From Eledone cirrhosa (lineage: Eukaryota), in contig OZ024752.1 in the NCBI GenBank assembly GCA_964016885.1, positions 8,556,001 to 8,620,000 on the forward strand: a stretch of 64,000 bases of DNA, read 5' to 3'. Under the pieces are notes generated by a model, which worked only from the letters and a program-made list of their open reading frames with translations, was not told where the DNA came from and made no database searches. This document shows positions 40,105-57,040 of this stretch, in pieces. Position numbers and translations under genes: made by a program. Position 1 is the stretch's first letter; each line of letters opens with the position of its first letter.

Positions 40105-41179
40105 GAATCATATGGTTTCAAAAATGTATTTCTGTTCTGTAATATATCTGATATTTTACATTGAACTAATTTTCTTACTGGTAATTGGGTAATACCAAAT
40201 ATTACCCTTTCTTATTTATAATTGTATATAGATTATATATATATATCATCATCATCATTTCATTTTACGTCCACTTTTCCCTGCTTGCAAGGGTGGGACG
40301 GGAACTGATTCTGGCTTGATTTCTACAGCTAGATGCCCTTCCTAACACCAACCTCATTTACAGTGAGTGCTGGGTGCTTTTTTGCCGTGGCACCTCCACG
40401 ACCACTTTGCACTCATTTCTACAGCTGAGTAAACTGGAGCAATGTGAAATAAAGTGTCTTGCTCAAGGAAACAACACATCACCCAGTCTGAGAATTGAAC
40501 TCACAACCTTTCGATTGCAAGGCCAATGCTCTAACCATTAAGCCATGTGCCTCCATTATATAAGTATAATTATTATTATTATATATATACACAATACACA
40601 CATACATACATTTATATATACATATTCACACGCACAGACACATATAGTTAATAAATGAAACAAAAAACACAGGAAGTAAAATTACGGTTATAATAGGTTA
40701 GCACACACATATATGTATTTACGTATACATACATCTATGTAACGGAAAACGAAACGATACAGTGCAATGAAGATATAAATTCGTTTAATGAGTTTAAAAA
40801 AAAAAAAAAGTTTCAGATATTCGTCTTTCACGAGAAGACAGAATGGGAAATAAAAAGAGAGAGAAAGATGGAAGAAAGCGAGAAGATGAAGAAATGGAGA
40901 GAAGATGTTTTTAGAGAGAGAGCACGTGACATACGGCGTCTGTTGGGAAGAGACGAACCTCTCCCCAGATCTAAACACAACAGATTTCTTCCTGGGAAGG
41001 AGAGGCTGATAGAGGAAGAATCCACACACATCCCCCAGTACCTCACTGGTACCTTTTTTCTCGACATCGAAAGAATGAAAGATAAAATTGACCAGGCAGG
41101 GATTCGATCTCAGATAGCAGAGCCATATTGAATACTGTAAAGTATTCCCTCCGACCTTCTAACGACTCTGCCAATTCGC

Positions 41180-41220
<41 letters not shown>

Positions 41221-41431
41221 GTGTGTGTGTGTGTGTGTGTGTATGTATATATATATATATATTATGTATGTGAATGTAATGTCTATACATCCTATACACT
41301 CACACACACAACACTAAGCTCACATCAAACGAGACTACAATTGAAATCAGTTAACTTCACTTCTTTTGAAACAAAATTAAAGTGAATTCTAAACCTTACA
41401 CGTAAATACACTGCCCTTCTTCTTTGCCCAC

Positions 41432-41805
41432 TTATTCCCCCGAGGGTCACGGGAACTGAGTCTTCAAACACTTCTTTTAGCAGGTCATGTCGGAAGCAAC
41501 CGTCTTAACTGATCCCCAAGTGAGACCAGTCGAGATCATGGATGTTATCCAACCATCTTGCTCAAGGTCTACCCCTGGGTCTCCTGCAAAATCCGTCCAG
41601 CGATTCTGTTCCGAGATATTCTGACCACATGTCCATAGAATCGGAACAATGATTTCTCAATTCGTAGAACTTGGAGCGACTCCCTAATCTACGAGTTATG
41701 TAGTTTATCGAGTAACATTACACTAAAGACCCTTCGGGGGAACCCTATTTCGGCAGCTTGGATTCACGATCGTATTCTTTCGGTCATTATCTAAGATTCA
41801 TGACC
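41432..41805 (-). mobile_element. RTE LINE 3' end; shorter 3' stubs at 51635-51720, 55205-55380 and 58746-58918
   Basis: IQAAEIGFPRRV...LLDKLHNS.IRESLQVLRIEKSLFRFYGHV...RPRGRP.ARWLDNI. Confidence 0.8.
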
Positions 41806-42403
41806 TCCTCGTCTCCCCGTGGAAATGGGTATAGCTTTCATTATGTAAATTCCTCCTATTTTTGGCCACTTTTTTTCATGGTACTACTCCCCATTTCTTT
41901 TTTTTAGAGGTTGGCGGGTCTGTATAAGGGTTGGTAAGTGGTAAGAATACCGAATTGAAAATAGCGATTTTGATTTTTACACCTATTTCCTTTCTTCTGA
42001 TTACCGAATGTTGAAGCTGGCGCATTACTACACCAGCTCATGTAATGGTGGCCTGGATCTCTGGAAATAAATTGCCCGCCAAACAAAAATACAGCGACTG
42101 TCTGTCAGTCTGTCACAGTAAAACCCAGTAGTACTACTACAAGCTCTCTCTCTCTATAACTGTTTGGTCTGCTAGAAATAACAGCCACATCTTTTCAATC
42201 ACATCCTTACATTAATAACATATATAAAATGTGTCTTAGAAACCAATAAAGATATATAAATATATCCCTTCCATATACTGTACCGATTGTGTTGTTATTT
42301 CTGTTTACCTTTTACACATATATATATATATATATATATATATTACTTCAAAATATTAATAAATATATACATTCATGTGATCAAATATATTTTATTATAC
42401 ATA

Positions 42404-42469
42404 TATTTTATTATACATATTTCAGAGGTACTGAGCTATTTCATCAGTACGTCCTCATCAGATAAAATA
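42404..42469 (-). ncRNA. Type I minimal hammerhead ribozyme motif (Penelope/retrozyme-like)
   Basis: TATTTTAT-CTGATGA-G-GACGTACTGA tgaaatagc TCAGTACCTC-T-GAAA-TATGTA-TA^-ATAAAATA. 8-bp stem I, long stem II and short near-palindromic stem III. Confidence 0.65.
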
Positions 42470-42979
42470 AATTGATGTCTGACATACCTCGACTGTGCTG
42501 ATGGTTCAAATCCAGTCTTAGCAGTAAAATATATTTGATCACATGAATGTCTATATTTATTAATATTTTGAAGTAATCACTGTTGAGTGCTTCTAATCTA
42601 TTGTAAAACTTCATTGATTAATTCAATGAACCTTGTTAAACTTTTAATTATATATATATATATAGAGAGAGAGATAGATAAATGGAGAGAGAAGGAGAGA
42701 ATGAGATTTCTGATGCGGAAGAGAAGTCACCTGCAGACGAAAATGTCAGGGAATGCGACACAAAATACGTTAAATCAAATCTAACTTCCTCGACTTTACT
42801 GAAACATGTCAGACGAAAGTTCTGGATCGAAGCTCGAAAATTGAAAGCAATAATAATGGCAGAAAAGATAGAAAAAGTGAAAGCAATAACAGTAGCAGTG
42901 TTTCAAGTCAAAAATATTTACGAAGGTGTATATATATATATACACACACACACATATATACACACACACACATATATAT

Positions 42980-43026
<47 letters not shown>

Positions 43027-43202
43027 TATATATGTGTATATATATAGAGAGAGAGACATAGGTATTAATGGAAAATTATACTTCGTTCATCAAAAATCCA
43101 TATTTATTCTCTTATATACATACATATATTGTCACCCCCCAAAATATAACCACACGTTGATTACTATATAGGCAATAGTTATTAGAATGCTGTTGATGTA
43201 TG

Positions 43203-43265
<63 letters not shown>

Positions 43266-43639
43266 TATATAATAGCATTGTTTCAAGTCAAGATAAATAT
43301 TTATGAAGCTGTATAAACTATACGCTTACGTCCCTGAGTTATTTCCATTTCATTTTTATTTTTCCGACACAAACCGATCGCATGTCTGTGATAAAGTTGG
43401 ATTAAATATAATAATGATAGAAATTGTATTTTATTTGTAATATGGCAAGAATGTATGGTGTGTAATTTATAAGAAAACTGACATTTCCATCACAGAACTC
43501 TCAGAATTCCACAAAGGAAATGGTAAATTCTTGTAACGGTGATGCAATATTTAAACACACTGCGCTGTAATAACATGTCCAAGAGGTTTACAGCAAACTC
43601 TATATATACACCTCAACCATCAAACTGTTTACATGGACA

Positions 43640-45860
<2,221 letters not shown>

Positions 45861-46145
45861 GGAAAGTTATATTTAAATTGTTGGGTTACAACTAGTAAAT
45901 ATTAATAACTGATATAAAAGCACTCGACAAGTATTTGGAGTATATTTACGATATTAAATAAATGGAAACTATATTTATAAAACCATATTTATATCGTTAT
46001 ATATATTTCAGGGATATCATATTAACAATATGCTATGCCTTCCTCAGACAAAATACAATATAAACAGTTTTATAGATAAATAGATTTGACATACCGTACA
46101 ACATCGACTTGTATTTGAAAAGTTGAATTGGCAGTGAAAAAAAAA

Positions 46146-48107
<1,962 letters not shown>

Positions 48108-48678
48108 GCTTCAGGTAATATTTGACGATCCGGTTCCTAATTCTTATAAAAACCCATTCTGTTGGTAGGTTACCATTGCCTTTCAAGAAAACCTTACTAA
48201 CCAACTGTAAAACCATAAAACCTCATTTACCTTCATATATAGGTAGGATCAATAAATGGATGGGTTATTAGTTAGCACATTTATTTTGCTCTTAGACAAT
48301 AGCTTCTGTTAATTTGGAGTTATGGGGTGGAATATAATTGATTCAATACATTCCTGTTTAATTTGCCAGACATACTTCATTCTGTTGTTATGAAAAATGA
48401 AAACATCGACAGAATTTGAACACGAAACAGTGAAGTAACCATCTAAATATGGTTCTCTATCTACACATGTTAATTTAAGTTGGTATAAGACACTATATAT
48501 AAATATATATATATATATATAGTGTCTTATACCAACTTAAATTAACATGTGTAGATAGAGAACCATCTATATATATTATGAGAACATTTCAGCTTGTAGA
48601 TGTTCCATACGTATAAGACACACTATATATATATATATGAGAACATTTCAGCTTGTAAATGTTTCATACTATAAGACA

Positions 48679-48727
<49 letters not shown>

Positions 48728-49470
48728 GTTAGTTCTTTCGTTACTTTGGTATATTGTGTGTTAGATTTTGCCTACCACAATGTTGGATTTGTCAAGCTAT
48801 TTAAACGTATGTTATTACTCTAAGGACCTACCTTATCGAGTGCTTTGCTAACTCATTATTTCATATAGTAGGCCGAATTTGCTTGCAAACCGTCAGAGAT
48901 TCGATTTTACTAAGTATCCAATTATATATATATATATATTATGAGAACATTTCAGCTTGTAGATGTTCCATACATTTTTGAAAAGGTTATAGCTGTGAAA
49001 GTGGTTCCTACTATAGAAATCAATGATAATGGCTTCTTTATTAGCCACAAGTGCACCACAAGATCGTTTAAAAAACACAGAGAAGACATGAGAAAAGTAC
49101 TCTTTCTCCACGAGGTCACAGTGGTTGTTACGAAGGATAGAAGAATTTTGGCAACATGATTGATAAAGTTCAAGTTAAACATTGAAAAATATAATATAAA
49201 ACCCAACATAAGAAATAACCATTTAACTGAAAGAAGGAATATATATATAAATATATATATATATGTATATGATTACATATATATATATATATATTGGAAG
49301 TGAAAGAATGGAAATGTTGAAGAAGACACATTACGACAGATGTTGAGTATAAAATATAATTGATGAGAAGAAGCGGTTTGTGTGACACTTGCAGGAAATG
49401 TCTATTTCTAAACCACCTCATTGCTACAAAAACTGAGAGAGAGAGACATACAAACACTGTGACAGTCAAC

Positions 49471-49531
<61 letters not shown>

Positions 49532-49655
49532 ATAAATATACATAAAATACAAGTTTGACATTAAGTTGGTGAAGAATTAAAGAAATGGATCCCCCAGTTT
49601 GTGCTCACCACATACAGACACACACACATATATATACACACACACATATATATAT

Positions 49656-49686
<31 letters not shown>

Positions 49687-49763
49687 CACACACATATATA
49701 TATACACACACACATATATATATACACACACATATATATACACACACACATATATATATATAT

Positions 49764-49794
<31 letters not shown>

Positions 49795-50044
49795 CACACA
49801 CATATATGTGTGTGTGTATGTGTGTGGATTATAAATGGAGTGTTGTTGAATGTACGTGTGTTTTACATGGTATTTCATGTCAAAATTTAACAATAATTAA
49901 ATGTTTAGCTTACCTGATGGACATGTATGATCTCTACGATAACACCAAATAATTAACCGGCGTGAGTAAAAGATTCCAAATGAGTTTCTGAGACGAAACA
50001 ATCAAAGATGTTCGTCTCCCAGTAAAAATCTCTCTCTTACCAGA

Positions 50045-50250
50045 AATGTTACTTCCTAACATCCGGGCACTTCAACCAGCAGTCATTGTGATTCCAAATG
50101 AGCATGCGCACTCCGCACACTTTCCTATCTGTCGGCACCACTTTCTTCCGGTTTACTCTCAACGTTACTCTCTCCTCCTCCTCTTCCTCCTTCTCATCTC
50201 CCACCTCTCATCATACTTGCTTCTTGATCTCTTTCTTTTTCTCTGAAACG
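50045..50250 (+). mobile_element. Possible Penelope-like element 3' fragment
   Basis: HFNQQS...FLSVGTT...LNVT resembles the GIY-YIG C-terminal HFN...LIF.LGT..P.GLN pattern, followed by a CT-rich tract. Confidence 0.35.
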
Positions 50251-51595
50251 TGGCCATGCTGGGGTAGCACTTCTATAATATTATATTCTCATATATCAAC
50301 CCCACTACGGCCTAGATTGTTGCACCTTTTCCCCTTATTTTTTAAGTCCTATCTCATCCAGGTCGAATTTCCTTTATTTACCCTTCCATGATCGATAAAA
50401 TGAGTAAGGAAATGAAAATATCTCATTACATACACCGGGTTCAGTCCGTATGCTCCGTTTAACTATTTATATCTATATATATTGCGGCTACAACTTAGAT
50501 TCATAACCAATATTATATATATATACTTAGGTCGATAAGGAGGCACTAACGTATATATATATATATATATATCTCTAGCTGTCGAAACGCCCGGAGCTCA
50601 GCCGTCGGGGTCCTGACTCTTTTCCTATTAACCACTCTACTACCCTAAGTATCGAGTACTCTGGTCTGTTATGGTCAATATATATATATATATATATGTA
50701 CTGAATCCTAGGAATCTGACAAGATATTTTCGTTTTCTTATTCCGCCTTCTCGTCTCAAGAGTACCCCGCCCTCTCATACTGTACTTAGTAAACTGTTGT
50801 ATGGTATAGGTTCTGAGTTCAAATTCCATTAATGTCGAATTTGATTTTCCATTCTTCCGCGATTAATAAAAAAAAAACCAACCTTTAACCTGGTCGCGAT
50901 TTAAAAAAAAAAAAAGGCGAAATTGTAATGGCTTGAATGTCTTTGATTATAAGGTGTGTTCGGCCATAGTTAAGTAACAATAAAATAAACACTAATCAAA
51001 TGAAGGACCGACTTAAATTGACTGGCTGTACCCTCTCCTCTCTTCCTTCCACCCAAAAGTTTTGTGACCTTGTACCTGTGTCAATAATATATCAACCTCG
51101 GAAGTTGAAAGCCAATGTCAACGTAGGCTGGATTAATAACAACATAAAAGACACAAACTATTACTGTCCGACGCTCTACAGATTTTGTTGTCATCCAGAT
51201 ATTTACATTTATACGTCAGAAACCGAAATGGCTGTTGATTCGCCTGGTCATTTGTAATTGTTGTATTTACATTGTAATATATATATATATATATATATAG
51301 GAAAATAGTCAGCACCCCGACGGCTGAGCTCCGGCCGTTACGACAGCTATTTTTATATATATATATATATATATATAAATGAAAGGTATAGAAAGTATTG
51401 TAGATATATATATATATATGTGTGTGTGTGTATACGTGTCTTAAGGTGCAAGTTAATTGCGTCCGTAGGCGGTATGCCGGGTGAGCACTCGATGCTCTCG
51501 AGCAGCAGAGTATGAGTAGTATTAATACATAAGGGAACAAAGAATCAGTGTTACATCATATACATATCTATATGATGCAACACTGATTCTTTGTT

Positions 51596-51629
<34 letters not shown>

Positions 51630-54156
51630 GGGGGAGATCCAGTTGGAGACGGTTGCTTCTGACAGGATCCGCTGGATTGAGTGTTTGAGGAATCTACCCC
51701 CACGGCCCTCCCAGGATTAAGTGAAGAAGCTACATATGTATGATATATATATATATATATATTAAACTTATGCTAAAATCTCAATTTAAGGGAGTATATG
51801 TCAGATTATGTGAGTTGGACTAACTTATTTTAGTCCTTCTGATTTATACTCCCCTAAATTGAAGTTTTGGTACAAGTTATATATATATATATTAAATTAC
51901 TTCTGTCAGTGATATTTTATCCATTCATTGAGATGTCTAAATATTAGAGACAAATAACTTTTTAATATTATATATATTTATATAGATACACACACATATA
52001 TAGTTATATATACACACACATATATATTTATATATATACACATATATATTTATATATATACACATATATATATTAATATAGAAATGGCTTCTACAGGACT
52101 AGAATTATTTCATTCGAAGGAAATTATCAGAAACCCGGGATACACACACACATTATAAATATATACATTATAAATATATATATAACAACTATATTAATAT
52201 AAAATATTTTCTGGCTATTTTAGTTGTTGCTTGTTTCATATCAAAACATCTATGTGGCTATTTATCTGTGCATTACCGGCTAAATAAGCAATCCAAGTGA
52301 TGGTGTTATTCGCACGGTTATTTCGGCTAATTCATATATTTACATCATACATTCTATGTAAATACTTATCTACGTAATTTTAAATATATCAATATATGTT
52401 CTGAAGCCCGTAATTGTAGATAATCTCATATGAGAAGATTTCTGCAACAGCCAGGAATGTTTTAACTAATTAAAAAGACCCAATGTCGTTTCTCCGCAAT
52501 ATCTTTAGCTTGACTAATGAACACGACTGCTATTTACAAGGAACAGTTTCACTAATTATCATGGCCGATAAACCACGTGATATTTCGCAGGAGGAGGTTT
52601 TTTCGTTTTACATAATTATTTTCCATACTGTTTATATTATAAAAAATGAATAAATGACTTATAATCATGAATCAAGTCATTATTTTTTTAATGAGTAAAT
52701 ATAATGACTATTAAACAAATTACTACATCACTAGAGGGCTTCGATCGTTCGTTTTTTTTATTTTACTCTCTCTGTCATATATAATGCGTCTATCTATTTA
52801 TCTATTTATATTCATTGATGATTTCATAGCGAAGTCACTAAATAACCGGCGCTTACGATGTGTCCCTGGTCGTCACCAAAGTCAGTTGTCAGTATTATAC
52901 TTGCACTAAATAACCGGGGCTTATGATGCTTCCCTGGTCGTTACCAAAGTTAGTTGTCAGTATTATACTAGTACATGTTTCATTACTAAGCAGAAAAATA
53001 CCAATTTCCACTCAGGAAATTGTCGTCACTGGTCTCCTCCAGCCTGCATTGATGTCTAATGAAATGTCAACACTTTCTGTAATTTACGAGACCCCCAGGC
53101 GTTTCTAGTTGTCGAAATTTCGTTATTAGGAACTAACCGAATCAGAAGAAAAAAAAATATTTTGCCCTTTACATTGTTCGAATTCTGATCGAATGATCAA
53201 CGAGAATATCGTTGACATTTGATCACACACCGTTTCAACGGCGCTATTTGCCATATACATACACTCTTCTTTTTCAAGTATTGAGTTCTTAGCTGAACAT
53301 AGTCTGAACTGGTAACTCTCAATATATATATATATATACTATTTATAGTTATGTATATAGTATAAACAACCATAAACAGGAAAGTCAGTAATTTCTTAAT
53401 TACCTTATTACCAGTAAGAGAAATAGCTCAATGTATGAACATCAGTTGTTTTACAGAGCAATTACAACTTTGATAATTGTATAATATATATATATATCCC
53501 GCGGTCGGGATTTTACATCTCTCTCTCTCTCTCTCTATAGAGAGAGATAGATATTGTCCGTTCTCCCTGCTAGCTAGTCACAGACTAAGTCAGTACTTAA
53601 CCAGAGCTACTGACCACTGAGAAGGGCCGGGGGTGAGGGGTGCATCTCACCTATATACGTTCCCGCGTACACACACTCTCTCTCGAGTGTATTTCCGTGG
53701 CATCAACACTAGAGAAGTTGTCATATCTCTGACACAAATTTAGAAACTTCTTGATCTATTTCGGCATGGTTTCTACGACTGGATGGCCTTCCCATCACCA
53801 AACACCTTACATTTTCTGTGGCACCAGCACTAGGGATATTTTCCATCTTCAACTCAATTGAAGAGCCCGCTCTACTGTAAAAGGTAGAATAACAAACAGG
53901 GGAGGTAAGAAGGATGATAATTATGGTGTCATGGATGTAGAGAAAGTAGGGGACATACTATGGGTATATGCCTAGTGGTGGGATTTCACAGGGTGATGAA
54001 TGGAAAGGAGGGGTGCTCTACAATAGAGTAGGGAGTGTTACTGAAATTATGAAAACAGCTACTGGGGATTTAATAGGGATGTGGTCAGGGTTTAAAATAG
54101 GTCTAGTAAGGAGTTGTGGCTGATATTTTAGGATTTAGCCCTTTAAGTATTTAAAT

Positions 54157-54470
54157 CAGGGGTGTGCAACATATTACATTGGCAGGCCACTTTTAAACAT
54201 TGGAACAACTATTAGGGCCATTGATATTTATTAAGCACTATTCCAAAGATTCACCACAACTTCTTTCCATAACATGGAACTGGGAAATTATAACACACGT
54301 AACCCTATCAGTGAAGCCCTTTAGTATAGGTCAACAAACAGAAAATTATATTACGGTTACAAAAAAATTTCTAAATAAGCCTACAAGGTAAAAACCAAAA
54401 ACGGTCATCACGAGCCATTCTGACTGGTCTGGCAGGCCGGATTGTGGCCCGTTGGCCACTTGTTGCACAT
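54157..54470. mobile_element. hAT-like MITE inserted between piggyBac-MITE sequences
   Basis: Left terminus CAGGGGTGTGCAAC and right end ggcccgttggccacttGTTGCACA. Confidence 0.55.
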
Positions 54471-56694
54471 TATTCAATATTTACATTATTCTGATTTACA
54501 TTATTCTATATTTACTATTGTATGTTCACATACATCGAATCAACGAGATTTTGATGTGTTTTTATTTTGAGAAGAATACCTTAATGTAGGTATGAGCAGC
54601 CAGTTAGAGCTGGTTTGAACAGAAAGAGGTCAGAGAATTCTAGCCAGTTTAAATGCTAAAGGGTTAAAAGGAGCAGAGTTGAGAAATCCTGGATAAAGTG
54701 GGATTAAGATTGACAGTGATAGTAAAAATGGCTACCAAGAAACAAAAGTTGAGGTATGAACATGAATTGATTAGGTCACATTGTTTATGAAGATAGGTGA
54801 GTCTTCTCCAATATTGCACATCTCCAATCATGATATTCAGCTTCTTAAGTTCAGAAATAAAGATGACTATATTGAGGAATCTTCAGCATTCGGTGATCAG
54901 AAGAAGGGAAGTAGGTATAAAAGCCAAACTCAATATCTTCAATTTGGTATTCATGTCAACCCTTACCTATGACTGAAAGAATACGATCCTGAATACAAGC
55001 AGCTAAAATGGGGGGGGGGGGGGGGGGGCTTGAAAGGTCTTTGGAGTAATGTTACTCAATAGAGTGCATAGCTCGGAGATCAGAGAGTTGCTCCAGGTAA
55101 AGGTGCTACTTCTCCGAAAGTAAGAGATCACAGCTCCAATATTACGGATATGTGGTTAGAATGTCTCAGGAAAGAATTGCTGAACAAATTTTATGGAGAA
55201 AATCAACTGGCAGGAGACCCAGGGGTAGACCTTGAGTAAGATGGTTGGATAACATCTATGAGCTTGGCTGGTCTCACTTGGGGATCCAGCAGGATCAGTT
55301 AGAGACGGTTGCTTCTGACTGGACCTGCTGGAAGAAGTGTTTGAAGACTCTTCCCTCATGACCCTCTCAGGAATAAATGATAGAAGAAGAATATAATCTC
55401 TGATACCCAAATGATCATGACTGGAACAGCTTTGATTATTGATCTGCTGGATCAAGGCTAACCCCGACCAGGGTTAACCCAGATCAGGGCTAACCCAGAC
55501 CAATTCAGGAGTGAAAACAATGATAGACATGACAAATTGACAGATGCTCAATGGTAAAGTGGTCGTGTAGGAGACATGGTATAAAGGCTCCCAGTCCACA
55601 CTGTTAATGTTGGTGTTAAGAAGAACATCCAGCCATAGAAAACCTGCCAGATACAGTCCTGTATGAGCGAGACACGGTCACCTGATCAATCTTGCCTCAA
55701 GTGGGACAATTCCCGTCTAACCCATGCTAGCGTGGAAGATAGACGTTAAACGATGATGATGATGATGATGATGCCGTTGATTATCCTCAGAACATCAGAT
55801 AGAATACTTTGTGCCATTCATTTCAGCTCTCTGTTCTCTGAGTTCAAATCCTGCCGAGGTCAACTTTGCTTTTCATCTATTCAAGGTCAATAAAAAAAAA
55901 AGTACCAGTCTTGTACTGGGGTTGATTCTTCCTTTCTATCTCTTTCTCATTTCCTCTCTCTCGCTTTCTATTTTTCTCTGGAAGAAATCTTCTGTACTCA
56001 GGCCTGGAGAGGGATGGGATCTGCCAGGCTTAAAATACCCAAGAAATGATGTACGCCATTATGGTACCTCTACTTCTCTATCAGGAGTTACAAGACAAAA
56101 AGAGAGAGATAGATAAGAGAGTACTGATCCAGCAGACTTATAATGAAAGACATTCCACATTTGACCATCATGTAAATTATTCATATATTGTATAATTAAA
56201 CCTATATTTTATATAATGAAGTATCATTTAATTTTTAAGACGGTGAAATTTGTAGCAGAATTGGTTGCTATTTCTAGCAATCATGCGACCTGATGGGGCT
56301 TTCATGTCAGTTAGTCATTTTAACCCTTTAGCATTTAAACCGGCTGTATCTGGCCAGAATTCTCTCATCTCTTTCTGTTCAAACTGGCTGTAACTGGCTA
56401 CTTATACTGATGTTAAGGTATTGTTCTCAAAATAGATAACATCAAAACCTTATAGATTCGATATGTGAGGTAAAGCCTTTACTGTGAAAATTTAATAGTA
56501 TATATAGTGTAATCATCATCATCAGTTTACGTCTGCTTTTCCTTGCTTGCAATGGTGGGACGGTTCCTATTCAGCACAGCATCTCTCCACTTGTCACAGT
56601 CCTTCGTTATCTCCTCCATGAGCTTCAGCGATCTGAGGTCAGCTCTCACCACCTCAGGTTTGAGCAGATCTTTGTTCATAGTTAAATTTTGCCG

Positions 56695-57040
56695 TTAAAG
56701 TCATGAGACTTATGACTGGCAAGCGGCTCAGCGACCGTATCTGTATCAGTGAGTTGCTCAACATTACCAGACTTAGACCAATTACATCAATTGTCAAGTC
56801 AAGAGTACTCAAACTATACGGTCATATAAAAAGATCAACTCGTGGTGTGAGTAGGTTATGCCTGGAAGGAAGGTTGGCTGGTAAGAGAAACAGAGGCCGA
56901 CAGCCAAAACGATGGCTTGATAATGTCAACTTATGGACTGGATTTTATCTTTGCTCTTTAAACTCTGCTGCTGGTGATCAAACTTTGTGGAGAAAAATAT
57001 CTCATGTTGATGCACAGCCTGCAACTAGCAGAGTTTAGCA
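56695..57040 (+). mobile_element. RTE-clade LINE 3' ORF fragment
   Basis: RVLKLYGHIKRS...LCLEGRLAGKRNRGRQPKRWLDNV is a typical RTE C-terminus. Confidence 0.85.

Noticed and set aside
49983-50025. Hammerhead-like hairpin on the minus strand (CTGGGAGACGAA...TTCGTCTCAGAAAC)
   Set aside because: The CUGANGA box is broken and there is no convincing stem I/III. At best it is a dead relic.
56703-57038. 111-aa ORF as a host gene
   Set aside because: It matches the C-terminus of RTE LINE ORF2 and has no exon context.
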